A stretch of DNA of 64,000 bases from the NCBI GenBank assembly GCA_977017645.1, contig OZ360225.1, positions 126,418,001 through 126,482,000 of the forward strand. Reading direction: 5' to 3'. The first letter of the stretch is position 1. Each line of letters starts with the position of its first letter. A program made the position numbers and the translations under genes. The stretch comes from Torpedo marmorata (Eukaryota). The notes beneath the pieces are model-generated. The model was not told the origin of the DNA and did not search any database. It was given only the letters and a program-made list of their open reading frames with translations. Shown here piece by piece: positions 1 to 12,802 of the stretch.

Positions 1-903
1 TATTTCTCAAATGTACAGATTGTTACAGAGGAAACTTCCTAAAACAGGAATTCATAAATCAAGATTAAATTGGGAAAAAGATTTGAATATAACAATAGAT
101 GAAGAACACTGGAAAAAATTATGTAAACAAAGTATGACGAAGATTATTAATGTTAGATATAGATTGGTGCAATATAATTTTTTTCATCAACTATATTTAA
201 CACCTAAAAGACTAAAGAAATTTAATCCGACATTATCTGGTTTATGTTTTAGATGTAATAAAGAGGAAGGTTCTTTTGTACATTCTACATAGTTTTGTCC
301 AAAAGTTTATGATTTTTGGTTGAAAGTTAAAAAATTTTTAGATAAAGTATTAGGAACTACACTTCCAATGGATCCGATGATATTTTTGTTTGGAGATATT
401 GAAGGAACCAGTGTTGGAGTGAAATTGAATATGTACCAGACGGAGTTTTTGCGTGTTGCTTTGGCCGTTTCTAAGAAATGTATTGCCACTACATGGAAGT
501 CGGATGTAGATTTGGGGATGGAAAGATGGCACGCAGAATTGCGTTCTTGCATACCACTCGAAAAAATTACATATAATTTACGTGATAAGTATCATTTCTT
601 TTTGGAAGTATGGAGCCCATATATAAAAATTGTGGGTTTAAGGATTTGAAGATCTCTGGACATCGGGTCTGGCTGGCGAGCCTATCCTCCACAATAAGAT
701 CAGTTTATAGTTGTTCTTTTTAGATTGACATTCTCCTTACTCTACCTTTTCTTCTTCTTTCTTTCTTTTCGGGAGGGTTAGGGAGGGGAGGGTGGGGGGG
801 AGGGGGGGGTGAAAATGTATCACATGTAATTTGAGAAATTTGCGTTTTAAACTGTGTATTGTGTGATTTAACAATTTTAAATAAAATATTAAAAAAAAAA
901 AAA
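1..903 (+). mobile_element. L1-clade LINE 3' fragment (ORF2 C-terminus, 3'UTR, poly(A)); runs off the window start
   Basis: ORFs 11-292 and 320-649 give the ORF2 C-terminus (YNFFHQLYLTP, CCHC motif CFRCNKEEGSFVHSTxFC, LEKITY) with one in-frame TAG at 290-292. These are followed by a G-rich UTR tract (~771-810), AATAAA and an A tail at ~891-903. Confidence 0.9.
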
Positions 904-1362
904 GAAGTGCATTGCTATTACTTGGAAATCTGATTTAGATTTAGGGTTAGAAAGATGGCATGCAGAACTTCGTTCGTATATACCACTTGAAAAAATTACT
1001 TATAATTTACGTAATAAATATCATTTCTTTTTAAAAATTTGGAGCCCATATATGAAAGCTGTTGGTTTAAGGATTTGAAGATCTCTAGATATCGGATCTG
1101 CTGGCATACTTGACCTCCATAATAGAATTAGTTTATAGATTGACATTCCCCTTACTTTATCTTTTTCTTTCTTTTTCTTCTTCTTTTTCTATTTTTATTT
1201 TTTATATTTTTATTTTTATTAGATTAGTGGGGTTGGGAGGGTTGGGGAGGGGAGGGAGGGAGGGAGGGGGGGTGAAATTGTATCACAAATAATTTGATAA
1301 TTTTATATTCCATTTTATGTATTTTGTGATTTAAAAATTTTAAATAAAATATTTAAAAAAAA
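904..1362 (+). mobile_element. Second, 5'-truncated L1 copy directly after the first copy's poly(A)
   Basis: Sequence resumes at KKCIAITWKSD...LEKITYNLRNKYHFF and has the same UTR, G-tract, AATAAA and A tail as the other copies. Confidence 0.9.
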
Positions 1363-3724
1363 CAGTATAAGGCTGGGCCAATTTAAATGCCAGGCTGTTT
1401 CATCCCACTTTATTCCACGAGCAGTTGCTTCTCACTTCACATGGTCGGGAAATAAATATGGGCCTTTGAAAAATTAAACCATCCATCATGACAGAGGTAA
1501 GTAAGTATGGGAACGGAGATTCTGAGGGAATGCAGGGATGTGGCAGTGGAAAGTGAATACTCCAATGCAGAGAGGCTTAACCCATCCCCATGAAGCCACC
1601 TTGATAAGAGTGTTAAACAAACATACCTGCTGGACTTGGTCAGTGTTCTCATCCCTGTCACATTAGCCTTCACCTGATGAGAAGCCTCTTGCAGCTCTGT
1701 TGCTCTGGGTGATGTTAGAATCGCTCTTCGGGATGTATGCTTTCTTTGTACTGATAAACATATGTGTTCTGCAATCTTTAATTTGGCCTAGCTGCCCATC
1801 CAGAAGTACACATTAGAATTAGTTACAGTGGGAACCAGATGGCTTTCCGGCAGGTATATAACCTGGGGCATTTTAACTGCCCACCAACCTAGTTTCTGCC
1901 AGGTGGATGGAGTTAAAACCTTCCTCCCCGTGACATTAAAGTAAAACTTGAAAGGTTTATCCAGACACATTGTGTGCAAATAGCCCTTATTTTTTGAGGA
2001 CTGTGGAATGAATTTGGTTTTGTTTACATTTTGCAGATTTCCAATTGGGCTTTAGTTACTGCACTTTGTGGAGCAAAGTTTATATTTCCAAAGGTAAGAG
2101 TCTGTGGCCAATCCAAGGCAAGCTTTTTCCCAATTTTCCTCGATTTCCAGCAGCATGGAAATTTCAATCGTTGATACATTGTGAATAATCAGATTTATCC
2201 TACTCCATATTGTGCCTGAGGTTGAGAGCTCATTAGAGAGACAAGCAAGATTGAGGTCCTTAAAGGCCCAGTTAAAGGTATTAGGTTGCAGCCAAATTCA
2301 AACCTGTGGTAGGGGCATGAAAACCTTGCTTCCTTATAAAATATCTGAAAATGTTTTGACAGCCTACTTCAGCATTTATAAAAGCCACATAAGCTGAAAT
2401 AAGCTGTCAACAACTACATGGATTGTGTTTGCTCAAGTGAGAGAAAGCAAAATAAGATATCATTTGTCCCTTCAAGACTGGAGAGCAGAAGCTGAAGAAC
2501 ATGCATTGTTGGATAGAGACTTTGTGATTCTCCCTACTGGCATCATTCACAGGTACCTGACCAACATACTCATGCTATAAAATGTTTCCAGACTAGCTGT
2601 TGAACATTTATTGCTGGCCCACATAAAGGTCTCTCTCAATCTTTTAGATTGCTAGCCATGCACATCTATGAGCCACACATCTGAAAATACTCACATCTTC
2701 AAAGGGATTCATGTTTAAGAGGACTGTAATACAATCTAGCTGTATTATGCATTCACATGAGAGTGCCTGGGATGGTCTGGAACTAACACATGTATGTCAT
2801 TGCACAGATGCTCTGCCAACATCGCTCATATCTAAACTACTTTCTTACTTGAATGATGAGCTAAAAACCAAAACCAAGCAATGCAGGTCAAAACTCAGAA
2901 TTGAAAATTTCTAACCTCCTGTGGAGGGAAGGGGCAAACATAAACACATATTGCTAATTCAAACAAATTGTGAGATGAAGAGAACATTACGAGACTGTGT
3001 CCCAAAATTATAAACTGGATCAAAATAGATTTTATATACTCCCTCCAACCGCTTTACGCTCATTCCCACACAAGCAAGATACACAGCTAATCTTTTGTCC
3101 TGGCAGCTCAGTTGATGTTTCATGCAGCCATCATTATAACTTTAGTCACTCCAAGAATAGCAATCGATTCTCAATGCCAATGATTTACTCAAGCAACAAT
3201 AACAACTTGCATTTATTTACTGCCTTCAATGTATCAAAATATCTCAAAGCACATCAAAGGAGGATTGGCAAACTGAATTTTTCAATAAATCTCAAAAGAA
3301 CATCTGTTCTCATGATCACAACCCTGGTTAATGTGTTTGGTTCTAAGGCGTGTTCTGAAGGTGAATAGAAATAAAGAAATTGAGCTGTTTATGAAGAAAT
3401 TTCCAAGCATTAATACCTTGGTATCCTGGCAGCCTTGACAACTGCTGGATCATCCATATGGAAGGGCAATTATGTGTCCAATTTTCTCTATGCTGTTCCC
3501 CATTCAATATCACATTGCCTCAAGAGCCAATGGCTTCCCACATCTCTGGGCAAAATGTGGAGAATGGAGCCTGCTTTATATCAGGAGACAAAAAAAGCAT
3601 TGCATGCACCGCTATCCATGCTTGCCACGGCTCATGCAAGCTCTACAGTACAGGTTGACTGAAGGTGCCCTACAAGGGCAATTCCAATGTCAGAACTGAA
3701 ACAAAATAAATGGTGTTTGGTAGA

Positions 3725-4030
3725 TTAATTCCGAGGCAGCTCGTAGAGCTGCTGCCACACAGGACAAGAGGCTTAGGTTTAATTCTGACCTCAGGTGCCA
3801 TTTGTGTGGAGTTTTCATATTCTCTCTCTAATCATTTTGGATTTCTCCTTATGTTCTGCTTTCTTCCTACATCCCAGAGATCTGTGGGTTGATTAATTAA
3901 TCACTGTAATTAGCAGAAAATAAAAAATGGGATTAAGATTAGGATTAGTGTAAATGGGTGGTTGATGGCAGGCATGCATGCTGTGGACTGAGGGGTTTGT
4001 TTCCATACTGTATCTCTCTATGACTCTGTG
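3725..4030 (+). mobile_element. tRNA-derived SINE (V-SINE/HE1-like), diverged
   Basis: Head ggcagctcgtagagctgctgcc...ggtttaattctgacc, central tgtgtggagttt...ttctc domain, tail ctgtatctctctatgactct. Confidence 0.65.
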
Positions 4031-4734
4031 ACAAGTCTCCATTTGCTGTGAATGTGAACTACCCTTTGGCATTCATCAATTTCCACGCAATCTCCTCACA
4101 ACCAACAGAAATGCCTACAGAAAATAATAGGCTGCCAATGTGACAGGAACTGAGACTCATGGCACTGAAGATTACTGGACAATTCCTGAGGGAATTTAAA
4201 AAACTTTGTGTTTTGGAAAATAGTGCACAGGGATTAAGGAAGGGTGAGGACTGGGTGACAATGATGGCACACTAATATATTAAAATCAGTGCCTTTTTCA
4301 TTGACCCAAATGGTGCTTGAAAATGTTTCATGTTATTAGTCTCCTAGAAGGAATTATATGTGAGAAATGTGTAATGTGGGACAAATAAATAATATAATTG
4401 AGAGAGTCACAACAGGAATCAATCATTTTTCATTGAATAACATGCAATCCAAAGTAAACCTTTCCCTCGATGGTTCCTTGGCATAAAGATCTGGTAAAGC
4501 ACCTTGGAAACATTCCATGAATTATCTATCATGTTATGACATTAAATTTGATTCATCTACTAGACTCTACGTAGGTTAACACCTTCCAAGATAATGGTAT
4601 TACCCCATTTCATGTATGCCTAGTTTCCTGATTTATGCAACACCCAATATTACAATGGCCCCGGACTGTATTAACAGGACTGGACGGAGGCGAAATAGTT
4701 CCATGTGCAGCTCTAGTCCTTTAAATCCAACAGT

Positions 4735-4950
4735 TTTTGGATCTAAAGATCATCATCAATTGGTATGGGTCCAATAACATTAACCCAACAATTAAGAAAG
4801 CACCACAATGCCTCTACTACTTCAGAAGCTTTAAGAAATTTGGCATGCCAACAGTGTCCTTATCATTTTTACAGATGTGGCATAGAAAATCCGGGCAAAA
4901 CAAGTTTTTCACTCTATCTCTGAACACATGACAATAAATAATTCAATTCA
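4735..4950 (+). mobile_element. Short degenerate Rex1/Babar LINE 3' fragment
   Basis: Translates as IKKAPQCLYYFRSFKKFGM, matching KKARQRLYFLRRLRRFGM in the other copies; ends atgacaataaa. Confidence 0.6.
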
Positions 4951-5024
4951 AAATTTGATGGTCTTCAAGTAGCTCCTGGCACAGGAAGTATTGAATGGGA
5001 ACAGGAGGTATTGAGCTGGGCACA

Positions 5025-5325
5025 GCAGAAAGATGGCACAATACTGCAGGTGCCTCAGAGCTTCAGTGACCCAAGTTCATTCCTAACCTCCTATCCTGTC
5101 TGTGCAGAGTTCACATGTTCTCCCTGTGCGCAATTGCGTTTCCTTCAGGAGCTCTGCCGTTCACCCAGATCCCAACGATGTGCAAGTTTGTAGATATGTT
5201 GGCCACTGTAAATTACCCATAGTGTGTAGGTGAGCTGGGGGAGTTTATGTAATGGGGAAAATTAGTGGGGATATGGGATTGCTTTGTGAGCCAGCATAAA
5301 CTCAATGGGCTAAATGGCTTCTTGC
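5025..5325 (+). mobile_element. tRNA-derived SINE (V-SINE-like), diverged
   Basis: gcctcagagcttcagtgacccaagttcattcc, gtctgtgcagagttcacatgttctccctgtg, tgtaaattaccc. Confidence 0.6.
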
Positions 5326-8300
5326 TGAGAACACCAAGCATTGGGAAGAATAAGAGTTGAGTTTGACACATTACGCAATGGCTGGGCAGAGTAGCATTTG
5401 AAGAGGTCACACAGGAATAGAGTTGGACACAGGAGAAGGTCAGTAGGGCAGTAGGATTCACACTGGTCTGAGTCATTGAATGAGGCATAACTGGAATTGC
5501 CTGAACTCAGCAACTGTTGCGCCACAGTCTTTGATCAGCGCACAGCAAGAGTTGGACCAGGCACTGTAGAAATTCCACTGCCAGAATAGGCATTGAGATG
5601 GACACAGCAGGTGTTGTGCCAGACCCTGTAAGCATTGAGCCTGACACAGAAGGTGTTGAACCATGTATTAGTAAAGTTAATCTCAATAGGAGTTGAAGGT
5701 GCACAGAGCAAGGTTTGAACCAAGCACAGTCTATTACAGCTGAACCAATCACATTGAGCAAGGCAAGGTAGGCATTGATCCCAGAATAATAGAAATTGAG
5801 CAGGGGACTCATCTAAGTTGAATTGGATACAGCAGGGGTTAAGGTGAACCCAACAGTTTGAGCCAATCAGAGCAGCGTGGCTCCTTACTCCATCTGTTCA
5901 ACAACTCGTCAACCCTCATTCTATCTTGTTCTACCACATTGCTACTGGGTTCTCTCAAGATCACTTCATGAGTATTCTTTGATCAGCATCCATTTCTATA
6001 TCTCCTGTCTTCTAGGGCATTCTTCAGCAACTGGCTCTTCAAAAGCTTAGTGGCTTATTTTTCATAAACCTGCAAGTGGATGTGGAGCCATGTTTAATAA
6101 TATGATTGTGCAAGTCTATAATGGGCATTGACATGAGAATATTGCTGTGTATTTCATACCATTCATATTTTGCATCTCTTGCTTTTATATTGCACAGAAT
6201 TGCTGTCACATTGCAAATATTACACAATTTGTTTCATACTTATAATCTTGTCAATTAAACTTATTGGGTGAGATTGGAGTGAAGATAGAAACGATTATTG
6301 ATACATTAATTTTAGCATTTGTGATATTAACCATAATATGTCCCCTCCTGTTGAAAAAGATATTTCCTATAGTTTTTCTTTATAATTTTCCTTTCATTTC
6401 ATGACAATCTTCCGATCCGATTTGATATTTAGCTCCACTGTTCATCCTCTCAGCTGTGCTTTTGCCTGGCATTCAGTCACATAACACATTTTCATCCCTT
6501 AAGTCCTGTTGACATTAATTTATCAAGGGTGTCTTTTTATTCTTTATATATTCTACTTGCCATCATGAATAATATGTGCATTCAAAAATATTGATTATTG
6601 ATGTGACAAAGGTTTGATGGGCATATTGTGGTACACAACAGATATAGGAAAATCATCAGTCTTAATTCATCGTACTTCATATGATCATTTTATTTTTCAA
6701 GTGAAGCCTAATATCTGGTCCAAATATAGTTTGGAATTCCAGTTCAGTACAATCATTATTTAACACTCTAAAACTTGCTCTATGGCTAATGTTTATGGAG
6801 CCCATTTCAAGAATTGGGCGAAATTCTGTTATTTTTCTCACGACATTTAAAATGATCTCAATATTGAACTTCAGTCAGAATTCATACTCAATTCATTCTT
6901 GACCAAATGCAACTTAATATCCTAGTGGCTATTTTTCACCCTCCACAAGTCATGAAAACTTTTTGACAGGGGATAGGAGTCTTTTTCTGTCGTATGTGGG
7001 AATAGGTTTCAAAATAGATCCTCAATAAAAGCTTAAAATAATCGATGGTTAAAATGTGCAATGGTTTATATTTGCACAAGGTAGAATACAAAAAAAAGGT
7101 GTAATAGAATTTCATTAACTGTTGTAATAGAACCTTGTTCAAACCGGTGCAAATTTACTTTATAGATAATTCCGAGTGTGCTGGTTACAGGGTATAAAAA
7201 AAATCAATTTTCTTACATCAATCATTGCCCTTGGAAAAAGCAACAGGGAAAAAAAATATTTTACTTATTTCATCCGACTGTTGAAATTCATCAAGTTAAC
7301 TCACAATCTCTAAGTGTACTCATATTAAACAAGGATGGCATAGGAAATAGTCACTTATTTTCAACAAATACTTAAAGCTCTGTCAGATTAAGTCATATAG
7401 GGCTTTCAGAAATTTTGATAAGTATTTCAGCATTAGGAATTGAAGATTAATGTATGAAATAATCTTAATGCTTCAGAAATATTGTCAGCCCAATGCAGGA
7501 GTAATAGTCTTTTGATATTTGTGAGACAGGACCATGTAGATAAGCGCCTGGCAATAATATGAAAACAGATATTTTTTTGCAAACTCTGTATTTAGAATAT
7601 GACGTCTGATAAGATTATCATTCCACATTGTGCTTTTGTTCATGATATTGATGCAGACTTAACCTAATGTTTTGTGTGATATTTTAGGATTGGATCAAAT
7701 CAAATGTAGCTGTGTTTTTAAATATTTATCCAATTTCTTTTGCCTGTGATTAGATATTGAAGCAAGAAGTTAATTTTAATTGCAAACTTGACCTTTAGTG
7801 TAGTGAGGCTTATCTTTTGTACATGTTCCTTTTTACCATGCCATGAAACAATCACAGTAAAATCCTATCTGGTGCATTGAATCCTAAATATTTGCTAAGC
7901 AGCTATGATCTACCTGCCACATCAGAGTTGTAAATTAAGGTTCATGCATTGCAGAAAGCAGCCATCCATTGCAGTGTTTACTTTACATAGATAAGGTAAG
8001 AGTCAGTCCCTGTTATTGTAAATACACACGGAAAACTTGGTTCTGCCTCACTGGGAGTTCACATGTATTTTTAACTCCTTTTGGTTGTTAATGTATTCCT
8101 CAAATGAGATGCATCACCTTGAAGAATGACTTTTTGCCCCCTGGGAATGAGCCAAACAAGTATTTCATTCACTATGATAATCAGTTCTACCTCTAGCAAT
8201 ATATGAAACCTAAATTTAATAGGTAATAGTGATTAGGCTTTAAGTCGTAGAATCACCAATGTCCACTGCTGAAGAAAAGATCATGCCCTGAGTCTCATTC

Positions 8301-9594
8301 AGAACAGAAAATTATCAGGCTTCATCAATATCAATCTCAACTTTTGCTCTTAATCTAAAAATAAATTCAACAAAAATTAACAACTATATGTGACAGAAGA
8401 AATCTCTTGACAAGATTCTAAACTAATTCATATGAAAACTATTTTCATAGAGGATTGACAAGCAGTGACTGTAATTATTGTGTACAGCAATTTATATGTA
8501 ATTTATTCTTTTGAAATCTTGGGCTGATAGGAATAAATAAATCCCTATTTTTATTAAAATAAAAGCAACAAAGAAGACGATCATGTAGAAAAGTAACAAA
8601 TTATCTCTTAAATCACAAGTGCAGCATATGGACAGTAAATTATATGGTGGTTCCACATTCCTGGCACGGCAAGTAGATTTAAATGAAGAAAGATGTTTCT
8701 GACAGGCCAAGAATGAAGCAAGCAAGCAAAAGTTGCAAATGATATGTCAAATGGTTGTCTCATATGGGATTGTGGGATTTGCGCTCAATGCTGACTTGGA
8801 TTTGACTACTGTGTCTTGTCTGTTTGCATATCTTGAAGACCCAGTTTCCAGATGCATACGACATCAATTCTATCTGCCATATGGATCCCTGATACTGAAT
8901 AAGATAGAAAATAAAGCTGCTGAAATCTTCAAAATAGATTGAAGCAGTGGCTGACAGGGTGGCTTTGGATTTACAAAAGGAAACAGTTTATGCCATAGCA
9001 ATCCATTTGACAATGGAAATCAAGCCTTTATGGTTTATCTTTTTAATCACAAACAAATTATGGTCGCTTTTACCTTTGTATGTAAACATATAAATGCAGC
9101 AGTGTTTTAGGCTCAGCCATGTTGGTTAATAATATTATAGCAAGTAAGCTGTGTATAATATTTTCAACCCGTGAGCATGCCATCAGCATTAAATGTACAG
9201 ATGCATCAGTTATTTTTATTGGCACTGTTTTTTTTCTCATGGACGCCATGACTTTTAGCGCATAATCACAGACATGTTTGCACTATCTACGCTTGTGCCA
9301 TTGCAAGAAGCATTTCTTTTTTCAGTTAAGATAAAAGATTAAAACATGGAAGCTGATAAGCATTAAAGGTCATGTTTTCTCTCAGTAACCCACTCGCCCC
9401 TCCCTCCACCAACCACCCTCCAACACACAGACGTTTTGGCCTTTAATGAATTACGGTATTTGCTTGACAGCGGACGAGACCAAAATGAATTGCTCTTTGT
9501 TGTCCAAACAGCTTCAATTTTTATACATACAGTTCAAATGAATGTAATGTTAATAGTTAAAAGGCTTTAAGTTTCTTTCGGGAATATTTGAACA

Positions 9595-9915
9595 TTGGCA
9601 ATATGGGTAATGCAGCTGCCTCACAGCATCTGGAATCCAGGTTCAATCCTGTCCTCCAGTGCTGTCTGTATGGACTTGCATGTTCTCCTGGTGAACATGT
9701 GGATTTCTCTTGGGTGCTCCAATTTCCTTCCACATCACAAAGACATTTAGGTTAATTAGATACTGTAAATTTTCCCAAGTATAAGCTGCTGGCAGGAGAA
9801 TCAGAGGGTATTAATGGGAATTGGTTACAAGGGAACAGAGGTAGGAATTGGGTTGGTGGATTGCTCTGAGAGCTGGCAGAGAGTCTATGGGCAAAATGAC
9901 CTTCTTGTATATCAT
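9595..9915 (+). mobile_element. tRNA-derived SINE (V-SINE-like)
   Basis: gctgcctcacagc...ccaggttcaatcct (B-box-like), gctgtctgtatggacttgcatgttctcc, tgtaaatttccc. Confidence 0.7.
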
Positions 9916-10105
9916 AAGGAAATCTACATATGAAAAAATACAAATATTCCATAAAATTATTTTATTATTTATTTTGATAAGATCTCCATCTAATTTAACA
10001 CCTCCATAATGATAGCAGAAGAAAGGATTTTATGTGAAAGCATTAGTGCCTGGGAACTGGATTGCAAAATTTTTGTGCACTAAAATATTGTGGAGATTAG
10101 TACTT

Positions 10106-10632
10106 CAGGATGTACCTCTTTAATCCGGCGACGTTGGGACCTGGCCATTGCCGGACCACAGAAAATGCTGGAAAACAGAAATTGACCCCTAAGGGAACCC
10201 CCTATGTAAACAGATCAAAGGTAGAACAAAGCTTAAAACAGGAAATAATACTGTGGGGCGGCACAGTTAGCGTAGCGGTTAGTGCAATGCCTTTACGGTG
10301 CCAGCGATCGGGACGTTAGTACAAACTCCTTACAGATAGCGCAGGACTTGAACCCTGGTCCCGACCGCTGGCGCTGTAAAGATTGAATCTGCCGCCGTTA
10401 GTACAAACTCCTTACAGACAGCCCGGGACTCGAACCCCGGTCCCGATCGCGGCAGATCCAACCTTTACAGTGCCAACGATCGGGACCGGGGTTTACAGCG
10501 CCAGCGATCGGGACCGGGGTTTGAGTCCCGCGCTATCGGTAAAGGAGTTTGTACTAACGGCGGCAGATTCAAACGTGCCGGACCATGGGAGTTGCCGGAC
10601 CACAGAGCGCCGGATAAGAAAGGTACAACCTG
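10106..10632. mobile_element. Tc1/mariner (Tigger/pogo-like) MITE carrying internal SINE-head fragments
   Basis: Left end caggatgtacctctttaatccggc matches the reverse complement of the right end (caggttgtacctttcttatccggc). The right flank is TA and the left flank is TT, probably a mutated TA. The subterminal repeat gccggaccacaga occurs twice. Confidence 0.75.
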
Positions 10633-10911
10633 TAGTACTGGATGAAGTTCTTGGGGGGGAGGGGAATATTACACAATTGGCCAAAATCGAATATGAAGCA
10701 GGATTACACTGGTTTAGAGCCCTTGAGGAAGAGCTCAGATAATATATCTTTACCTCCTATGGACATCGTGAGACCTATTTGATTTACTCCAGCATTTCTG
10801 TATTTTCATTATCCTGGTTTACACCTAGAATCAGGCATTTTCAAACAGCTCCTGAAAATTGTCTGCTCAATATTGAGGGAAGTAAGTCAGCCTTAAAAGC
10901 ATACTCGAGAG

Positions 10912-11145
10912 CAGCTATTCTCAACCTTTTTTTCGGCTTATAGACACCTTAGGACTCTGCTCAAAGTTTATGGGCCCTCTTCCCTGTGAAGCAGTTAAGT
11001 TTTGGTTTCTGCCATAGTTCTCTCCTACCGACAACATAAAAAGCATAAAAATATTTATGTTACGTGAGGTGAAAAGAAAACAAGGCTTTTTCTTAAATGT
11101 GCTGTGGCCCCAGTGGGGCCGTAGGGCTCCCATTGAAAATGGCTG
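10912..11145. mobile_element. hAT (Charlie-like) MITE, family A copy 1
   Basis: TIRs cagctattctcaa / ttgaaaatggctg; 8-bp TSD ctcgagag / ctctagag (7 of 8 match); homologous to 22948-23171 and 55355-55572. Confidence 0.85.
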
Positions 11146-11239
11146 CTCTAGAGGATATCAACAGAGCAGAAATATGCTATGGTTGTCATAGAGGAGACAT
11201 AAACTTCAGAGGGAGGCAGCTCCATATTCACTCAAAAAG

Positions 11240-12035
11240 AGGGGGATTGAGTTCAAGAGCCATGAGGTAATGTTGTAGCTCTATAACACTCTGGTTGGAC
11301 AACACTTGGAGTATTGCATTCAGTTTTGGTCACCTCATTACAGAAAAGATGTACAAGCTTTAGAGAGGGTGCAGCGGAGATTTACCAAGGTGTTGCCTAG
11401 ATTGGAGGACGTCTTCTGAAGCAATGTTGACTGAGCTCGGGTTTTTCTCTTTAGAGCAGTGGTTTTCAAACTGCCCCCCTAAACTCACATTCCACCTTAA
11501 GCAATCCCTATGCCATAAGTGCTCTGTGAATAGTAAGGGATTGCTTAAGGTGGTTTGTGAGTGGAAAGAAAAAGTTTGAACATCACTGTTTTAATCGTAC
11601 CTAATTGACTCGTTATGTGCACGGTTTCATAACTCCAAAGGAAATGGGCCAATGACAATTTTTCTCAAGCAAAATCAGTAACAATTGGGTCTAGAGCAGT
11701 GGTTCTCAACCTTCCCTTCCCGCTCACATACCACCTTAAGCAATCCCTTACCAATCACAGAGCACTTATGGCATCGGGATTGCTTAAGGTGGAATGTGAG
11801 TTTAGAGGGGCAGTTTGTAAACCACTGCTTTAGAGCAACGAAAGATGAGTAGTGACTTAATAGAGATATATAACATTATGAGAGGCAACAGGATGGACAG
11901 CCAGCACCTTTATCCCAGAGTGATAGTCGCAAATACCAGGGGATATCTGTGAAGCAGTCAAGTTTTGGTGAGTGGAGGAAAGTTTAGGGGAGATGTGAGA
12001 GGCACGTTTTTTACACCGAGCGTGATGGGTGCCTG
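11240..12035 (+). mobile_element. CR1 LINE 3' fragment interrupted by a hAT MITE
   Basis: Degenerate LYxTLVxxHLEYCIQFWSPHYRKD...LERVQRRFT; sequence resumes after the MITE with a RRMxxDLIExY-like segment. Confidence 0.8.
11457..11827. mobile_element. hAT MITE, family B copy 1 (long internal inverted repeats)
   Basis: TIRs cagtggttttcaaactgcccc / ggggcagtttgtaaaccactg; perfect 8-bp TSD ctttagag at 11449-11456 and 11828-11835. Confidence 0.9.
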
Positions 12036-12802
12036 TACTGTGCTGTAATATTCTATGTTCTATGATAATTAAAAGTCTTGGTCTAAATGATGTGTAAAAT
12101 AATTCACAAAGTCCACTGTAAGAAGATTCTGTCAGGGGGTTACAAGAATCTCTTCCAACATGTCTCACAACAAGCTGCACATGAAGGAAGTGAAAGGATT
12201 TATTGATGATGTGAAGGATTATTAATAGGACACCTATGGACACATGAGTGTGGGTACTGTCTGCCTGCACTTGTGGAAACCCACCAACGCTGGTACAAGT
12301 CGCAATGCCCATGATGCCACCAGTTCCTCACTGTCACTAGAGTAAATGAAACCATTTCCTTGCAAATACTATACCTGGGGGACCACTCTGATACATTGGT
12401 TAGCAGCAAACTGAGAGACATGGCAGGGATCTGCTACGGCTGTCCGAAAAGTTCCTGTGCTGAGGAGGCTGAGAGCAAAGATGATGCTCTTATGGCACAA
12501 GAGTATTACTGCAGAATGTTGCTTGTCACAGCTGTGACAGACTTGGAAACCCTGAGCCCGCAAGTGTACTTTTCATCAGTGAGATGCAGGTAAGATGTGG
12601 TGTCAATGATGCGCATGACTTTGCCTCTTACCCTGAGGTCTAGACAACCATCGCAAGAATGATCCCTCTTGTTATGGAGTGTTGCTATCTGAATCAGCAA
12701 AGAAGCATTATGTAAGTGTTCCCTGCAGCAGTTAAATGCTGCAGAAACCATTCAATGTTAATTTAAGTGGGCTCCCTTTCTTCATTATTCACTTGCTGAA
12801 AT

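Noticed and set aside
10256-10570. tRNA genes
   Set aside because: These are SINE heads with A/B-box-like motifs but no complete cloverleaf.
12040-12760. Possible old LINE endonuclease remnant or host exon
   Set aside because: Composition is coding-like with only a hint (LLQGTL on the minus strand); too degenerate to assign.
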